DNA from: Candidatus Omnitrophota bacterium
GTDB taxonomy: Bacteria > Omnitrophota > Gorgyraeia > Gygaellales > Profunditerraquicolaceae
Assembly (NCBI GenBank): GCA_028715785.1
Contig: JAQURC010000002.1
Span: 8,402 to 72,401, forward strand
Direction of reading: 5' to 3'
DNA: 64,000 nt
Part shown: in pieces, positions 21,043-31,935 of the stretch
Numbering within the stretch: the stretch's first letter is position 1
How the letters are laid out: every line of letters begins with the position of its first letter
Notes under the pieces: model-generated
The model's input: only the letters and a program-made list of their open reading frames with translations
Databases searched by the model: none
Told to the model about the DNA's origin: nothing
Made by a program: the position numbers and the translations under genes

Positions 21043-23139
21043 ATGAGAAAGATTCCTTTAGATAAAATTAGAAATATTGGAATAATTGCCCACATCGACG
21101 CCGGAAAAACTACCACCAGCGAGCGCGTTTTGTTTTATACCGGTAAAAATTATAAGATTGGCGAGGTGCATGACGGGGCAGCGACTATGGACTGGATGGT
21201 CCAGGAGCAGGAGAGGGGCATTACGATTACCGCTGCCGCTACTACTTGCAAATGGAAGGATATCACGATTAATTTAATCGATACTCCCGGCCACGTAGAT
21301 TTTACTATCGAAGTGGAAAGATCGTTGAAGGTTCTGGACGGTGCGGTAGTTGTTTTTTGCGGAGTCGGCGGAGTTGAACCGCAATCAGAAACCGTATGGC
21401 GCCAGGCGGACCGTTACGGCGTTCCAAGGATCGCCTTTGTTAATAAAATGGACCGCACCGGTTCGGATTTTTTTGCGGCAATTGACCAGATGCATGAAAG
21501 ACTGGGGGCTAATGTTGCGGCTATTCAGCTTCCCGTTGGCAGGGAGAGCGGTTTTAACGGCCTGGTGGATCTGGTTGAAAAAAAATTAATCCATTACGAA
21601 GAAATTCTAGGTAAAGAATTTGAAGTAAAAGAGCTTCCGGAAGAGATGTTTGGCGATTTTGAAAAATACCGCGCGATTCTTGTCGAAAAAGTCGCTGAAG
21701 CGGATGATAAGATCATGGAAGATTATTTACAAGGTAAGACTGTAACTAACGAAGAGTTAAAAGCAGCGATACGCAGGAGCGTACTTATAAATAAATTTGT
21801 GCCGGTACTTTGCGGTTCAGCTTTTAAGAATAAAGGCGTGCAGATGGTTTTGGACGCGGTCAGAGACTATCTTCCTTCTCCGCTTGATGTCCCTCCGGTA
21901 AAAGGCACAAATCCGGATTCCGGAGAATTTGAAGAGGTAAAGGCCGATGATAATGCTCCTTTTGTCGCGTTATGTTTTAAGGTAGCCACCGATCCTTTTG
22001 TGGGAAAAATATTTTTTGTAAGGATGTATTCCGGAACGCTTACTTCAGGAACTTATATTTACAATGCTTCAAAGAGAGAAAGAGAGCGGGTTACTAAGAT
22101 TGTTAAATTGCATGCTAACCATCAGGAGGTAACTGACAGTATTTCCACAGGAGATATTGCTGCCTTTGTCGGTTTAAAAGATACAAAAACCGGAGATACC
22201 CTTTGTACCGAGAAAAATCCTATTCTTGTTGAGGCGATGCGTTTTCCGGATCCGGTTATCCAGCAGGCAATCGAACCTAAGTCCAAGGACGCCCAGGAAA
22301 AATTGGGTATGGCCATGCATAAGCTGGAAGATGAAGATCCGTCATTTAGAGTTACCTATAATCAGGAAACAGGCCAAACACTTATCGCCGGGATGGGGCA
22401 GTTACATTTGGAAATTATTGTCGATAGAATTTTACGCGAGTTTAATGTTGAGGCTACCGTGGGCGCTCCGCAGGTTGCTTATCGGGAAACGATCAGGAAA
22501 AGTGTTTCTAGCGTCGGAAAATTTATTTCCCAATCCGGCGGCCGCGGCCAATACGGCCATTGCGTTATTGAGATGAGCCCGCAAGAGACTCCCGGGACCG
22601 GTATTACATTCGAAGATAAAATTAAGAGCGGGGCAATTCCGCGCGAATTTATTCCTGCGGTAAAACAGGGAGTAATGGGTGCTGTCAAAAACGGGACATT
22701 AGCAGGATATCCGGTTACCGACGTCAAAGTCGTTTTGGTCGACGGGTCATTTCATGAAGTTGATTCTTCAGAGTTAGCGTTTAAAATGGCAGGGAGCATC
22801 GCGTTTCAGGATGGAATGAAAAAAGCCAATCCTGTTTTATTGGAACCGATTATGGATATTGAAGTTGTGGTACCTGAAGAATTTATGGGCCAGATTATCG
22901 GTGATCTCAGCAGCCGGCGCGCAAAAATAATTGCCCTTGGTCAGAGGCTGAACTTGCGTACTATCCGAGCCAATGTTCCGCTGTCGGAAGTTTTTAATTA
23001 CGCAACCGTAACAAGATCCTTGACACAAGGCCGTGCATCATATACAATGGAACCTTCTTTTTACAGCGAAGTTCCAGCACAGGTAGCTGAAAAAGTTATT
23101 CAAGGCTCAACCAATACAAAAGAAAGAAAAACTTTTTAA
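21043..23139 (+). CDS. fusA: elongation factor G
   Basis: 698 aa; G-domain [22 protein letters not shown]. Confidence 0.97.
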   Translation: MRKIPLDKIRNIGIIAHIDAGKTTTSERVLFYTGKNYKIGEVHDGAATMDWMVQEQERGITITAAATTCKWKDITINLIDTPGHVDFTIEVERSLKVLDGAVVVFCGVGGVEPQSETVWRQADRYGVPRIAFVNKMDRTGSDFFAAIDQMHERLGANVAAIQLPVGRESGFNGLVDLVEKKLIHYEEILGKEFEVKELPEEMFGDFEKYRAILVEKVAEADDKIMEDYLQGKTVTNEELKAAIRRSVLINKFVPVLCGSAFKNKGVQMVLDAVRDYLPSPLDVPPVKGTNPDSGEFEEVKADDNAPFVALCFKVATDPFVGKIFFVRMYSGTLTSGTYIYNASKRERERVTKIVKLHANHQEVTDSISTGDIAAFVGLKDTKTGDTLCTEKNPILVEAMRFPDPVIQQAIEPKSKDAQEKLGMAMHKLEDEDPSFRVTYNQETGQTLIAGMGQLHLEIIVDRILREFNVEATVGAPQVAYRETIRKSVSSVGKFISQSGGRGQYGHCVIEMSPQETPGTGITFEDKIKSGAIPREFIPAVKQGVMGAVKNGTLAGYPVTDVKVVLVDGSFHEVDSSELAFKMAGSIAFQDGMKKANPVLLEPIMDIEVVVPEEFMGQIIGDLSSRRAKIIALGQRLNLRTIRANVPLSEVFNYATVTRSLTQGRASYTMEPSFYSEVPAQVAEKVIQGSTNTKERKTF

Positions 23140-23145
23140 AAAAAC

Positions 23146-23196
23146 ACACCCCGCGCTTATAAGGAATTGCGCGGGTGTGCCCCTAGGGGCAAGGAG
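23146..23196 (+). repeat. gene-proximal two-hairpin+SD element (upstream of tuf)
   Basis: CACCCCGCGCTTATAAGGAATTGCGCGGGTGTGCCCCTAGGGGCAAGGAGG. Confidence 0.75.
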
Positions 23197-23204
23197 GATA
23201 AAAA

Positions 23205-24407
23205 ATGGCTAAAGAAAAATTCGTAAGGAGCAAGCCGCACGTAAATATCGGGACCATCGGGCACATCGATCACGGTAAAACTACCCTTACCGCCGCTATC
23301 TGCAATGTTCTTTCAAAGCTTGGAAAAGCTACTGCCAGGGATTACGCGGATATCGCCAAAGGCGGAACAGTAAGAGATGACACCAAGGTTGTGACTATCT
23401 CTGTCGCTCACGTAGAATATGAAACAGACAGCCGCCACTACGCGCATATTGACTGCCCGGGCCACGCGGATTATATCAAGAACATGATTACCGGCGCCGC
23501 CCAGATGGACGGGGCAATTTTGGTTGTCTCGGCAGCTGACGGCCCCATGCCTCAGACTAGAGAGCATATACTTTTAGCCCGCCAGGTAAACGTGCCGGCG
23601 ATGGTCGTGTTCATGAATAAGGTTGATTTAGTTGATGACAAAGAGCTTCTGGACCTGGTGGAGATGGAGATCAGGGACCTTTTAACCAAATATGGGTATC
23701 CGGGAGACAAAACTCCGATTATCCGCGGCAGTTCAAATAAAGCCTATGCGGCAACTGACCCTAATAGCCCGGAGGCCAAACCGATTCTGGATTTAATGAA
23801 AGCGGTTGATGAGTTTATTCCTCTTCCCCCCAGGGAGTTAGACAAACCTTTACTTATGGCAGTCGAAGATGTTTTTAGTATTGAAGGCAGGGGTACCGTG
23901 GCAACCGGAAGGATCGAGCGCGGTAAGGTTAAAGTCGGAGAAGAAGTCGAGATTATCGGTTTAAGGCCGGAGCCCAAGAAATCCGTGGTTACCGGAATCG
24001 AAATGTTCCGCAAGCTATTGGATGAAGGTCAGGCCGGAGATAACGTCGGTTTGCTTTTAAGAGGCGTGGAAAAGAATGATGTTGAGCGTGGGATGGTTAT
24101 CGCCGCTCCAAAATCCATTCATCCTCATACGAAATTCAAGGCCCAGGTTTACATCCTGACCAAAGAAGAAGGCGGAAGGCACACTCCATTTTTCAAGGGG
24201 TACAGGCCTCAGTTCTATTTTCGCACAACAGATGTAACCGGTACAGCCGGACTTCCCGCTAACGTCGAAATGGTTATGCCCGGTGACAACGTGGCTTTGG
24301 ATGTCGAATTGATTACTCCGATTGCCATTGAGAAGGAATCGCGTTTTGCTATCCGTGAAGGCGGCCATACAGTGGGAGCAGGCGTAGTTACCGAGGTTAT
24401 TGCATAA
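23205..24407 (+). CDS. tuf: elongation factor Tu
   Basis: 400 aa; [22 protein letters not shown]. Confidence 0.97.
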   Translation: MAKEKFVRSKPHVNIGTIGHIDHGKTTLTAAICNVLSKLGKATARDYADIAKGGTVRDDTKVVTISVAHVEYETDSRHYAHIDCPGHADYIKNMITGAAQMDGAILVVSAADGPMPQTREHILLARQVNVPAMVVFMNKVDLVDDKELLDLVEMEIRDLLTKYGYPGDKTPIIRGSSNKAYAATDPNSPEAKPILDLMKAVDEFIPLPPRELDKPLLMAVEDVFSIEGRGTVATGRIERGKVKVGEEVEIIGLRPEPKKSVVTGIEMFRKLLDEGQAGDNVGLLLRGVEKNDVERGMVIAAPKSIHPHTKFKAQVYILTKEEGGRHTPFFKGYRPQFYFRTTDVTGTAGLPANVEMVMPGDNVALDVELITPIAIEKESRFAIREGGHTVGAGVVTEVIA

Positions 24408-24410
24408 ACA

Positions 24411-24716
24411 ATGAATACGCAAAAGATCCGGATTAAACTAAAAGCCTACGATCACCGGCTTTTAGATCAGGCAGTTATCGAGATCGTGGATACCGTTAAG
24501 CGCACCGGGGCCAAGATTTCCGGCCCCGTACCGCTTCCCACAAAGAGGGAGATTTATACGGTGCTGCGTTCGGTGCATGTTGATAAAAAATCGCGCGAAC
24601 AGTTTGATTTATCTACTCATAAACGCCTTATTGACATCTTTGAACCCACAGCCAAGACCATCGATTCATTAAGGAAATTGAACCTGCCTGCAGGGGTGGA
24701 CGTAGAGATCAAGTAG
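24411..24716 (+). CDS. rpsJ: 30S ribosomal protein S10
   Basis: [15 protein letters not shown] motif. Confidence 0.95.
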   Translation: MNTQKIRIKLKAYDHRLLDQAVIEIVDTVKRTGAKISGPVPLPTKREIYTVLRSVHVDKKSREQFDLSTHKRLIDIFEPTAKTIDSLRKLNLPAGVDVEIK

Positions 24717-24739
24717 CAAATCAAAGACGGATAAATAAA

Positions 24740-25375
24740 ATGATCGGTTTGATTGGTAAAAAAATTGGAATGACCCAGGTGTTTACGGCGGACAACAGCC
24801 AGGTTGGGGTTACCGCTATTCAGGCCGGGCCTTGCCCTGTCTTGAGGGTCATGGACAAGAACATTCAATTGGGTTTTGATCTGGCAAAAGAAAAAAATTT
24901 AAAGAAGCCGCAATTGGGGCTTTATAAAAAATTAAATATTGCCCCGCGCAAGGTGATTAAAGACATTTCAAAAGAAGTTAATGTTGAATATAAAGTGGGG
25001 GATGAGCTCAAAGTTGATCTTTTTGCCGAAGGTGATTTTGTGGATGTCCACGGCACTTCCATTGGAAAAAGTTTCCAAGGTGGCATGAAACGTTGGCATT
25101 GGAAAGGCGGCCCCAGAACGCACGGTTCAACTTCGCACCGCCGGGTCGGCTCTATCGGTTCCAGCACTACTCCCGGCCGCGTCTTTAGAGGGCATCATAT
25201 GCCCGGGCACATGGGCGCCAAAAACGCGACGGTACAAAACTTAAAAGTGATTAAAGTAGATTTAGAGAATAATCTTTTGCTGGTTGAAGGAGGGGTTCCC
25301 GGGTTCAAAAATGGGTATCTAGTGGTTACCAAATCTTTTAAAAAGAAAGCCAAGAAAGCGGCAGTGAAAAAATAA
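24740..25375 (+). CDS. rplC: 50S ribosomal protein L3
   Basis: GKKIGMTQVF N-terminus. Confidence 0.95.
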   Translation: MIGLIGKKIGMTQVFTADNSQVGVTAIQAGPCPVLRVMDKNIQLGFDLAKEKNLKKPQLGLYKKLNIAPRKVIKDISKEVNVEYKVGDELKVDLFAEGDFVDVHGTSIGKSFQGGMKRWHWKGGPRTHGSTSHRRVGSIGSSTTPGRVFRGHHMPGHMGAKNATVQNLKVIKVDLENNLLLVEGGVPGFKNGYLVVTKSFKKKAKKAAVKK

Positions 25376-25376
25376 T

Positions 25377-26021
25377 ATGTTTACTTTACCTGTATATAAT
25401 AGCCAAGGCGCGGAAGTTGAGACGATAAAACTCGACGCTTCGGTTTTTGACGCCAGCCTGAATACCAATAGCCTGCACCAGGCGATTGCCGGCTACCGGG
25501 CCAACCAGAGAAAAGGGCTGGCTTCGACTAAGACCCGCGGGGAGGTTTCCGGAGGCGGCAAGAAACCCTGGAAGCAAAAGGGGACAGGCCGGGCCCGTGT
25601 AGGCTCTACGCGTTCCCCTCTTTGGAGGCATGGCGGGGTAGTCTTTGGCCCGCATCCGCGCGATTTTTCTTATACCGTTCCTCAAAAAATCAAGGCCGCG
25701 GCTTTAAAAACAAGTTTAAATCTCAAGCTGAAAGAAAATAATTTTGTGATCCTGGATGATTTTAAAATCGACGCGCCTAAGACTAAGGAGGCGGTAAAGG
25801 TTCTGGCTAATTTAAAATTATTTTCCGCAAAAGAGAAGAAAATAAAAAAGGTTTTATTCTTAACGCATAAACTGGAGAGCCGGTTAAAAGCGGCCTTAAA
25901 GAATATCAATTTTTTAACTGTAGACCTGGCTTCTGATTGCCATGCTTATGAAGTAATGAATAACCAAAAGCTGCTGATCAGTAAAGCGGGTCTTGCGGAT
26001 TTGACCAAGAGGTTAAAGTAA
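25377..26021 (+). CDS. rplD: 50S ribosomal protein L4
   Basis: L4 family, S10-operon order. Confidence 0.93.
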   Translation: MFTLPVYNSQGAEVETIKLDASVFDASLNTNSLHQAIAGYRANQRKGLASTKTRGEVSGGGKKPWKQKGTGRARVGSTRSPLWRHGGVVFGPHPRDFSYTVPQKIKAAALKTSLNLKLKENNFVILDDFKIDAPKTKEAVKVLANLKLFSAKEKKIKKVLFLTHKLESRLKAALKNINFLTVDLASDCHAYEVMNNQKLLISKAGLADLTKRLK

Positions 26022-26299
26022 TGACTGCAATTACCACGATAATTAAATCGCTTTTACAAACTGAAAAATCAAGCACTTATTTGCCAAAGGGCAAGTATCT
26101 TTTTCTGGTAGATAATTCTGCCAATAAAATTCAGATTAAAAGAGCCGTAGAGCAGGCCTATAAAGTTAAGGTTAAGGATGTGAATACTTTTGTTTCCATG
26201 GGTAAGCTCAAAAGGGTAAGGCATCAATTGGGCCGCACATCCGATACGAAGAAGGCCGTAGTTACTCTGCTGGCCGGACAAAAAATAGAGGTAGCTTAA
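26021..26299 (+). CDS. rplW: 50S ribosomal protein L23
   Basis: 92 aa L23 family. Confidence 0.93.
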   Translation: MTAITTIIKSLLQTEKSSTYLPKGKYLFLVDNSANKIQIKRAVEQAYKVKVKDVNTFVSMGKLKRVRHQLGRTSDTKKAVVTLLAGQKIEVA

Positions 26300-26300
26300 T

Positions 26301-27137
26301 ATGGGCATCATTAAATTTAAACCCACAACACCAAGCCGCAGGCATATGAGCGGCCCGGATTTTTCCGAGATTACCAAGAATAAGCCGGAGCGTTCCCTGC
26401 TGGTTGCGCTTAAAAAAACCGGCGGAAGAAATTCTTACGGCCGGATCACGACCCGCCATATCGGCGGCGGGCACAAGCGTATGCTGCGGATAATTGATTT
26501 TAAACGTAACATCTACGATCAACCGGCAAAAGTTATCGCTATTGAATATGACCCTAATCGTTCATCTAGGATTGCTTTAGTCGAATACCCCGATAAACGC
26601 AAGAGTTATATTATCGCGCCATTGGGGCTTAATGTGGGAGATGCGGTTGTTGCCAGCGACCAGAAAGACATTGAAATTAAAATCGGCAACTGCCTTCTTC
26701 TGCGCAATATTCCTTCCGGTACCTTGATCCACAACATTGAATTATCTAAGGGCAAAGGCGGACAAATTGTGCGCGGGGCAGGAACCAGCGCCCAGATTAT
26801 GGCCAAAGAGGCGGATATGGCGCATGTCAGACTGCCTTCCGGGGAGGTTAGATTAGTGAGTTTGGATTGCCATGCCACGATCGGCCAGATTGGCAATATC
26901 GATCATGACGCAATTGTTTTAGGCAAAGCCGGCAAGAGCCGCTGGCTGGGGATTAAACCCTCGGTAAGAGGAGTGGTAATGAATCCTTTCGACCATCCTC
27001 ACGGCGGCGGAGAAGGCAAGAGCGGACAGGGCAATCCGCATCCGGTTACTCCCTGGGGTAAGCCGACTAAAGGATATCGTACCAGGAACCGTAATAAGTA
27101 TTCTAATAAATTTATCGTTAAAAGAAGGAAACCATAA
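26301..27137 (+). CDS. rplB: 50S ribosomal protein L2
   Basis: 278 aa; GGGHKR, PHGGGEG motifs. Confidence 0.97.
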   Translation: MGIIKFKPTTPSRRHMSGPDFSEITKNKPERSLLVALKKTGGRNSYGRITTRHIGGGHKRMLRIIDFKRNIYDQPAKVIAIEYDPNRSSRIALVEYPDKRKSYIIAPLGLNVGDAVVASDQKDIEIKIGNCLLLRNIPSGTLIHNIELSKGKGGQIVRGAGTSAQIMAKEADMAHVRLPSGEVRLVSLDCHATIGQIGNIDHDAIVLGKAGKSRWLGIKPSVRGVVMNPFDHPHGGGEGKSGQGNPHPVTPWGKPTKGYRTRNRNKYSNKFIVKRRKP

Positions 27138-27139
27138 TT

Positions 27140-27427
27140 ATGCCGCGCTCACTGAAAAAAGGACCGTACGTGGAGGAAAGTTTATTAAAAAAGATAGAAA
27201 AACAGACCAAGGCCGGATTGCGCCAGGCAATTAAAACCTGGAGCAGGCGCTCGACGATCCTGCCGGATTTCGTGGGATTGACTTTCGCGGTTTATGACGG
27301 TAAAAAGCACGTTCCGGTTTTTATTACCGAAAATATGGTCGGCCATAAACTGGGAGAGTTTTCTCCTTCCAGGATCTTCAGGAAGCACGGCGGTATCAAG
27401 GCGAAGAAGGCGCTGGAGAAGACATAA
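27140..27427 (+). CDS. rpsS: 30S ribosomal protein S19
   Basis: [11 protein letters not shown]..., GHKLGEF. Confidence 0.95.
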   Translation: MPRSLKKGPYVEESLLKKIEKQTKAGLRQAIKTWSRRSTILPDFVGLTFAVYDGKKHVPVFITENMVGHKLGEFSPSRIFRKHGGIKAKKALEKT

Positions 27428-27428
27428 A

Positions 27429-27761
27429 ATGATCTCAAGAGCGGAAGGAAAATTTTTAAGGATTTCACCCAGTAAGGTGCGCATCGTTGCCGATCTTATC
27501 CGCGGCAAGGATGCCCTCCAGGCGCAAAGTATCCTGCTGCATTTGAATAAAAGGTCAAAAGAGTACCTGATAAAAATATTGAAATCCGCGATCGCTAACG
27601 CTAAAGTCAAGGGTTTTGCGGCCGAGAAATTATATGTTTCCAAGATTGTTTGTAATCCCGGGCCGATGTGGAAAAGATTTAAGGCCGCTGCTTTTGGCCG
27701 GGCCGCGTCAATAGTTAAACGTACGGTGCATATAAAAATTGAATTGGATTTAAAAGCTTAG
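27429..27761 (+). CDS. rplV: 50S ribosomal protein L22
   Basis: MISRAEGKFLRISPSKVRIVADLIRGK...; start corrected from ORF-track 27294 to in-frame ATG just after the rpsS stop. Confidence 0.93.
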   Translation: MISRAEGKFLRISPSKVRIVADLIRGKDALQAQSILLHLNKRSKEYLIKILKSAIANAKVKGFAAEKLYVSKIVCNPGPMWKRFKAAAFGRAASIVKRTVHIKIELDLKA

Positions 27762-27811
27762 CACCCCGCGCTTATAATGTATTGGGCGGGTGTGCCCTTT
27801 TGGGCAAGGAG
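27762..27811 (+). repeat. gene-proximal two-hairpin+SD element (upstream of rpsC)
   Basis: CACCCCGCGCTTATAATGTATTGGGCGGGTGTGCCCTTTTGGGCAAGGAG. Confidence 0.75.
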
Positions 27812-27819
27812 AATAATTC

Positions 27820-28536
27820 ATGGGTCATAAGGTAAGTCCTTTATTGTTAAGGATCGGTTTTATAAGGCAGTGGCATTCACGCTGGTTTGCTAAAACCAAA
27901 GATTTCCCGCTGTTTATTCAGCAGGATTTTAAGATTAGAAAATTTATCAAGAGTAAATTCAAGCAGGCGGCGATATCCAAAATTGTCATTGAAAGGCTTG
28001 CCGAAAGAATCAAGATCCGCATATTCTCCGCCCGCCCGGGAATTATCATCGGCCGGCACGGTTCGGATATTGAGCGGCTGCGCTCGGACTTAAACGGACT
28101 GGTTAAAAATGAACTGTCTATTGATATACAAGAGGTTAATAATCCCGCCTGGGACGCGCAATTAGTCGCAGAAAACATTGCTTTGCAGCAGGAGAAGAGA
28201 ATTGCTTTCCGCCGGGCGGTAAAAAGAGCGATGGAGCAGTCAATTCAGTCCGGAGTAAAAGGTATCCGGGTCAGCTGTTCCGGCCGGCTTAACGGCGCGG
28301 AGATGAGCCGTAAAGAAACGTATAAAATCGGCAAGGTCCCTTTGCAAACTTTACGCGCGGATATCGATTATGGTTTTGCCGAAGCCCTTACCACGTATGG
28401 TTTAATCGGCGTTAAAGTCTGGATTTATAAAGGCGATATATTAGGAAAACAGTTTGTTCAGGAAGAGGTCAGGAGCGCTCAAGCGGGCCAGCCTAAAGAA
28501 GCTTTTAAGCCGGCTCGGCAGGACATCGCTAGATAA
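27820..28536 (+). CDS. rpsC: 30S ribosomal protein S3
   Basis: MGHKVSPLLLRIG..., KH domain. Confidence 0.95.
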   Translation: MGHKVSPLLLRIGFIRQWHSRWFAKTKDFPLFIQQDFKIRKFIKSKFKQAAISKIVIERLAERIKIRIFSARPGIIIGRHGSDIERLRSDLNGLVKNELSIDIQEVNNPAWDAQLVAENIALQQEKRIAFRRAVKRAMEQSIQSGVKGIRVSCSGRLNGAEMSRKETYKIGKVPLQTLRADIDYGFAEALTTYGLIGVKVWIYKGDILGKQFVQEEVRSAQAGQPKEAFKPARQDIAR

Positions 28537-28554
28537 AGGATTGAAGGAGCTTGA

Positions 28555-28971
28555 ATGGTTTTAATGCCCAAGAGGGTTAAATATCGTAAATTACAGAAAG
28601 GCCAGAGGCGCGGGATAGCTACTACCGGCTCAACCCTTGCTTTTGGAGAATTTGGCCTAAAGTCTTTGGATAACGGATGGGTCAAGAATACGCAAATCGA
28701 AGCTGTGCGCGTTATTTTGGCGCGCCAGCTGCATAAAGGCGGTAAATTATGGATCAGGATATTTCCGGATAAATCCATAACCAAGAAGCCGGCAGAAGTA
28801 CGTATGGGTAAAGGCAAGGGCGACCTTGACCATTGGGTTGCCGTAGTAAAGAGAGGGCGCATACTTTTTGAATTGGGCGGAGTTCCGCAGGAATATGCCA
28901 AGACCTGTTTTCGCCTGGCAGCCTATAAGATACCGCTGCGCACAAAATTTGTAACCCGGGCGCATAAATAA
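28555..28971 (+). CDS. rplP: 50S ribosomal protein L16
   Basis: MPKRVKYRK..., L16 family. Confidence 0.95.
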   Translation: MVLMPKRVKYRKLQKGQRRGIATTGSTLAFGEFGLKSLDNGWVKNTQIEAVRVILARQLHKGGKLWIRIFPDKSITKKPAEVRMGKGKGDLDHWVAVVKRGRILFELGGVPQEYAKTCFRLAAYKIPLRTKFVTRAHK

Positions 28972-28972
28972 G

Positions 28973-29164
28973 ATGAAACCGCAGGAATTAAGAGATTTAC
29001 CGACAGGTGAGTTATTAGAGAAAGAAAAGGCTCTTTATGCCGAGCTGTCTAAGTTAAATACGCAGCGTTACACGGGCAATGTGGAGAAACCGCATAGGTT
29101 TGCGCTGCTGAAGAAGGATATCGCCCGGATTAGGACAGTTTTAAAAGGAAAGAAAGATAAATAA
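28973..29164 (+). CDS. rpmC: 50S ribosomal protein L29
   Basis: 63 aa L29 family in canonical position. Confidence 0.9.
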   Translation: MKPQELRDLPTGELLEKEKALYAELSKLNTQRYTGNVEKPHRFALLKKDIARIRTVLKGKKDK

Positions 29165-29165
29165 G

Positions 29166-29447
29166 ATGGGTAAACAGAAAGAGTTCACCGGAATAGTAAC
29201 CAGCGACAAGATGCAGAAGACCGTGGTGGTCAAGACGATGCATTTAACCAGGCATGCGAAATATTCTAAAACAATCAAACTGCACAATAAGTTTAAGGCC
29301 CACGATGAAAAAGGCATTGCCAAGCTTGGAGATACGGTAAGCATAGTAGAAACCCGTCCTTTGTCAAAAGATAAGCGTTTTATAGTCAAGGAAGTATTAA
29401 AGAAAGCCCCAAGTATGCATTTGGTGAATCCCGAGGAGATCGCATAA
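29166..29447 (+). CDS. rpsQ: 30S ribosomal protein S17
   Basis: GIVTSDKMQKTVVV... S17 motif. Confidence 0.93.
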   Translation: MGKQKEFTGIVTSDKMQKTVVVKTMHLTRHAKYSKTIKLHNKFKAHDEKGIAKLGDTVSIVETRPLSKDKRFIVKEVLKKAPSMHLVNPEEIA

Positions 29448-29816
29448 ATGCTTCAATTACGCAGTATTTTGGATGTGGCCGACAATACCGGAGCCCGCAA
29501 GGCCTCCTTGATTTGTGTATTGGGGAAAATGGGCAGTTTTAATGCCGACATCGGGGATGTTGTGAGGGTCAATATCAAGGAATCTATACCGGGGGCCACG
29601 GTGAAAAAAGGGGAGAAGGCCAGGGCGGTAATCGTGCGCACGAAACGGGATATCCGCAGGCCTGATGGCTCGATATTGCGTTTTGATCGTAATGCCATCG
29701 TAATCCTTGACGATAAAGATAACCCCAGGGGTACGCGCGTATTCGGACCGGTTGCCCGCGAGTTAAGGGATAAAAATTTTAATAAAATAATTTCATTAGC
29801 ACCAGAGGTAATTTAA
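29448..29816 (+). CDS. rplN: 50S ribosomal protein L14
   Basis: [16 protein letters not shown]... L14 N-terminus. Confidence 0.95.
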   Translation: MLQLRSILDVADNTGARKASLICVLGKMGSFNADIGDVVRVNIKESIPGATVKKGEKARAVIVRTKRDIRRPDGSILRFDRNAIVILDDKDNPRGTRVFGPVARELRDKNFNKIISLAPEVI

Positions 29817-30127
29817 TGCAGAAAATCAGGAAGAATGATATTGTCCAGGTAATTAAAGGCAAGGATAAAGGCAAGCAGGGGAAGGTGATCAGTATCATTG
29901 AGGGCAACCGGCGCGCCATAGTCGAAGGCTTAAACCTTGCCAAGAAACACAAGCGCCAGAGCCGGCAGGACCAGAAGGGCGGGATAATTTCGATAGAGAT
30001 GCCTATCAGTGTGGCTAACCTTATGGTTTTCTGCAAGCGTTGTTCCAAGCCTGCGCGTACCGGTTCAATGATCCTAAAAGACGGAACAAAATCGAGATTT
30101 TGCAAAGTTTGTAAAGAGGCGTTATAA
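29816..30127 (+). CDS. rplX: 50S ribosomal protein L24 (KOW domain with C-terminal CxxC...CxxC tail)
   Basis: KGKDKGKQGKV KOW motif; C-terminus FCKRCSKPARTG...RFCKVCKEAL carries four Cys. Confidence 0.9.
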   Translation: MQKIRKNDIVQVIKGKDKGKQGKVISIIEGNRRAIVEGLNLAKKHKRQSRQDQKGGIISIEMPISVANLMVFCKRCSKPARTGSMILKDGTKSRFCKVCKEAL

Positions 30128-30128
30128 G

Positions 30129-30686
30129 ATGATACCCAGACTATTAGAAAAATACCGTAATGAAATTGTCCCTAAGTTGATGGAAGATTTTAAGCTTAAG
30201 AATAAGATGGCTGTGCCTGTAGTGGATAAGATCGTGGTCAATATGGGCATTGGCGAGGGTACTCAGGATGTTAAAATGCTGGAGAAATCGGTGGATGAGC
30301 TGGGCAATATTACCGGCCAGAAACCGATTATCCGCCGGGCAAAAAAGGCCATTGCTAATTTTAAAGTCAGGCAGGGGCAAGCGGTCGGTGCCAAGGTTAC
30401 TTTAAGAAGGACGATGATGTATGAGTTTATGGACCGGCTGCTGAATATCGCGCTTCCCCGTATCCGTGATTTTCGCGGTGTCTCCAGGGATTCATTCGAT
30501 GAAGGCAATAATTATACCCTGGGGCTTAGTGAACAGATTATCTTCCCGGAGATTGAATATGATAAGATTACCCGCACTCAGGGGATGGATATTACTTTTG
30601 TAATCAAGAATGCCAAGAATGTCGAGCAGGCAAGGAGTTTACTACGCTATTTTGGCATGCCCTTTAAGACTAAGGAAGAAAAATAA
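30129..30686 (+). CDS. rplE: 50S ribosomal protein L5
   Basis: 185 aa L5 family. Confidence 0.95.
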   Translation: MIPRLLEKYRNEIVPKLMEDFKLKNKMAVPVVDKIVVNMGIGEGTQDVKMLEKSVDELGNITGQKPIIRRAKKAIANFKVRQGQAVGAKVTLRRTMMYEFMDRLLNIALPRIRDFRGVSRDSFDEGNNYTLGLSEQIIFPEIEYDKITRTQGMDITFVIKNAKNVEQARSLLRYFGMPFKTKEEK

Positions 30687-30689
30687 AAA

Positions 30690-30875
30690 ATGGCAAAGAA
30701 TTCACAAATCGCAAGATGGAAAAGAAAGCCTAAGTTTTCAACTCGTAAGTACAATCGTTGTTCAATTTGCGGCAGAAGCGGCGGTTACTTAAGAAGGTTT
30801 CAGCTTTGCCGTATTTGTTTTAGAGAGCTGGTTTGGCAGGGGCTTATCCCCGGCGTTAAAAAAGCCAGCTGGTAG
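30690..30875 (+). CDS. rpsZ: 30S ribosomal protein S14 type Z (zinc-binding)
   Basis: 61 aa; [20 protein letters not shown]. Confidence 0.93.
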   Translation: MAKNSQIARWKRKPKFSTRKYNRCSICGRSGGYLRRFQLCRICFRELVWQGLIPGVKKASW

Positions 30876-30878
30876 ATT

Positions 30879-30929
30879 ACACCCCGCGCTTATAATGAAT
30901 TGCGCGGGTGTGCCCGTGTGGGCTAGGAG
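30879..30929 (+). repeat. gene-proximal two-hairpin+SD element (upstream of rpsH)
   Basis: CACCCCGCGCTTATAATGAATTGCGCGGGTGTGCCCGTGTGGGCTAGGAG. Confidence 0.75.
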
Positions 30930-30934
30930 AATAA

Positions 30935-31330
30935 ATGTCCAGGACAGATTTAATCGCAGATGTTTTTACAATCATACGTAATGCAATATTGATTAAACGG
31001 GATACCGTGGATCTTCCGGCTTCCGGTAACATCAAATCGATTATGGCTATTCTTAAAAAGAATGAATACATCGATAATTTTAAGCTGATTGAAGATAAAA
31101 AGCAGGGATTGGTAAGGGTTTATTTAAAGTATACCGCCGGAAAATCAGCTATCCGCAATATCAAGCGGGTTTCCCGGCCGGGTTTGAGGGTTTATGCTCG
31201 AGGCAAAAAGGTCCCCACAGTTTTGCGCGGCAGGGGCCTGGCAATCGTTTCTACTTCTAAGGGCGTAATCACCGATAAAGAAGCCAGGGAGTTGGGTGTG
31301 GGTGGCGAAGTTATTGGTTATATTTGGTAA
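30935..31330 (+). CDS. rpsH: 30S ribosomal protein S8
   Basis: MSRTDLIADVFTIIRNA... S8 family. Confidence 0.95.
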   Translation: MSRTDLIADVFTIIRNAILIKRDTVDLPASGNIKSIMAILKKNEYIDNFKLIEDKKQGLVRVYLKYTAGKSAIRNIKRVSRPGLRVYARGKKVPTVLRGRGLAIVSTSKGVITDKEARELGVGGEVIGYIW

Positions 31331-31332
31331 AT

Positions 31333-31381
31333 ACCCCGCGTTTATAAGGTATTGCGCGGGTCTGCCCTTGCGGGCAAAGGA
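31333..31381 (+). repeat. gene-proximal two-hairpin+SD element (upstream of rplF; stem G-U variant, weak SD AAGGAAA)
   Basis: ACCCCGCGTTTATAAGGTATTGCGCGGGTCTGCCCTTGCGGGCAAAGGAAA. Confidence 0.7.
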
Positions 31382-31388
31382 AAAATAA

Positions 31389-31934
31389 ATGTCTAGGATC
31401 GGAAAAAAACCGGTAATCATACCAAAGGATGTAAAGATTGAAGTTAAAGATAGGGAGGTTTTTGTCCAGGGGCCTAAGGGCAAGCTTAGCCGTAAGTTGA
31501 CTGATCGGATCAATATCGAGATTAAAGATGATCAGCTTCTGGTTACCAGAGTAGCCGATACTAAGGTGGATAAATCCATGCATGGGTTATACCGGGCACT
31601 GATCGTGAATATGATCAAGGGCGTAACCGAAGGTTATCTCAAGGAGTTGGAGATCATCGGCGTAGGGTTTAAAGCCGCAGTGGCCGGGGATAAATTAAAT
31701 CTGGCTTTAGGTTTTTCACATCCGGTAAATTTTGCGATTCCGGCCGGCATTAAGATTGAAACTCCCAAACCTACGCAGCTGGTCATAAGAGGCATTGATA
31801 AGGAGCTAATCGGAGAGGTAGCAACTGAAATACGCGCAATTTATCCTCCCGAGCCTTATAAGGGTAAAGGGATCCGTTTTGCAGGGGAGCATGTAAAGAA
31901 GAAGATAGGAAAAGCGCAGGCAACCGGTAAATAA
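31389..31934 (+). CDS. rplF: 50S ribosomal protein L6
   Basis: MSRIGKKPV... L6 family. Confidence 0.95.
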   Translation: MSRIGKKPVIIPKDVKIEVKDREVFVQGPKGKLSRKLTDRINIEIKDDQLLVTRVADTKVDKSMHGLYRALIVNMIKGVTEGYLKELEIIGVGFKAAVAGDKLNLALGFSHPVNFAIPAGIKIETPKPTQLVIRGIDKELIGEVATEIRAIYPPEPYKGKGIRFAGEHVKKKIGKAQATGK

Positions 31935-31935
31935 A

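Noticed and set aside
27294-27428. ORF-track rplV start at 27294 overlapping rpsS
   Set aside because: The extension overlaps the rpsS coding region in another frame; L22 orthologues begin at the internal Met (27429) right after the rpsS stop.
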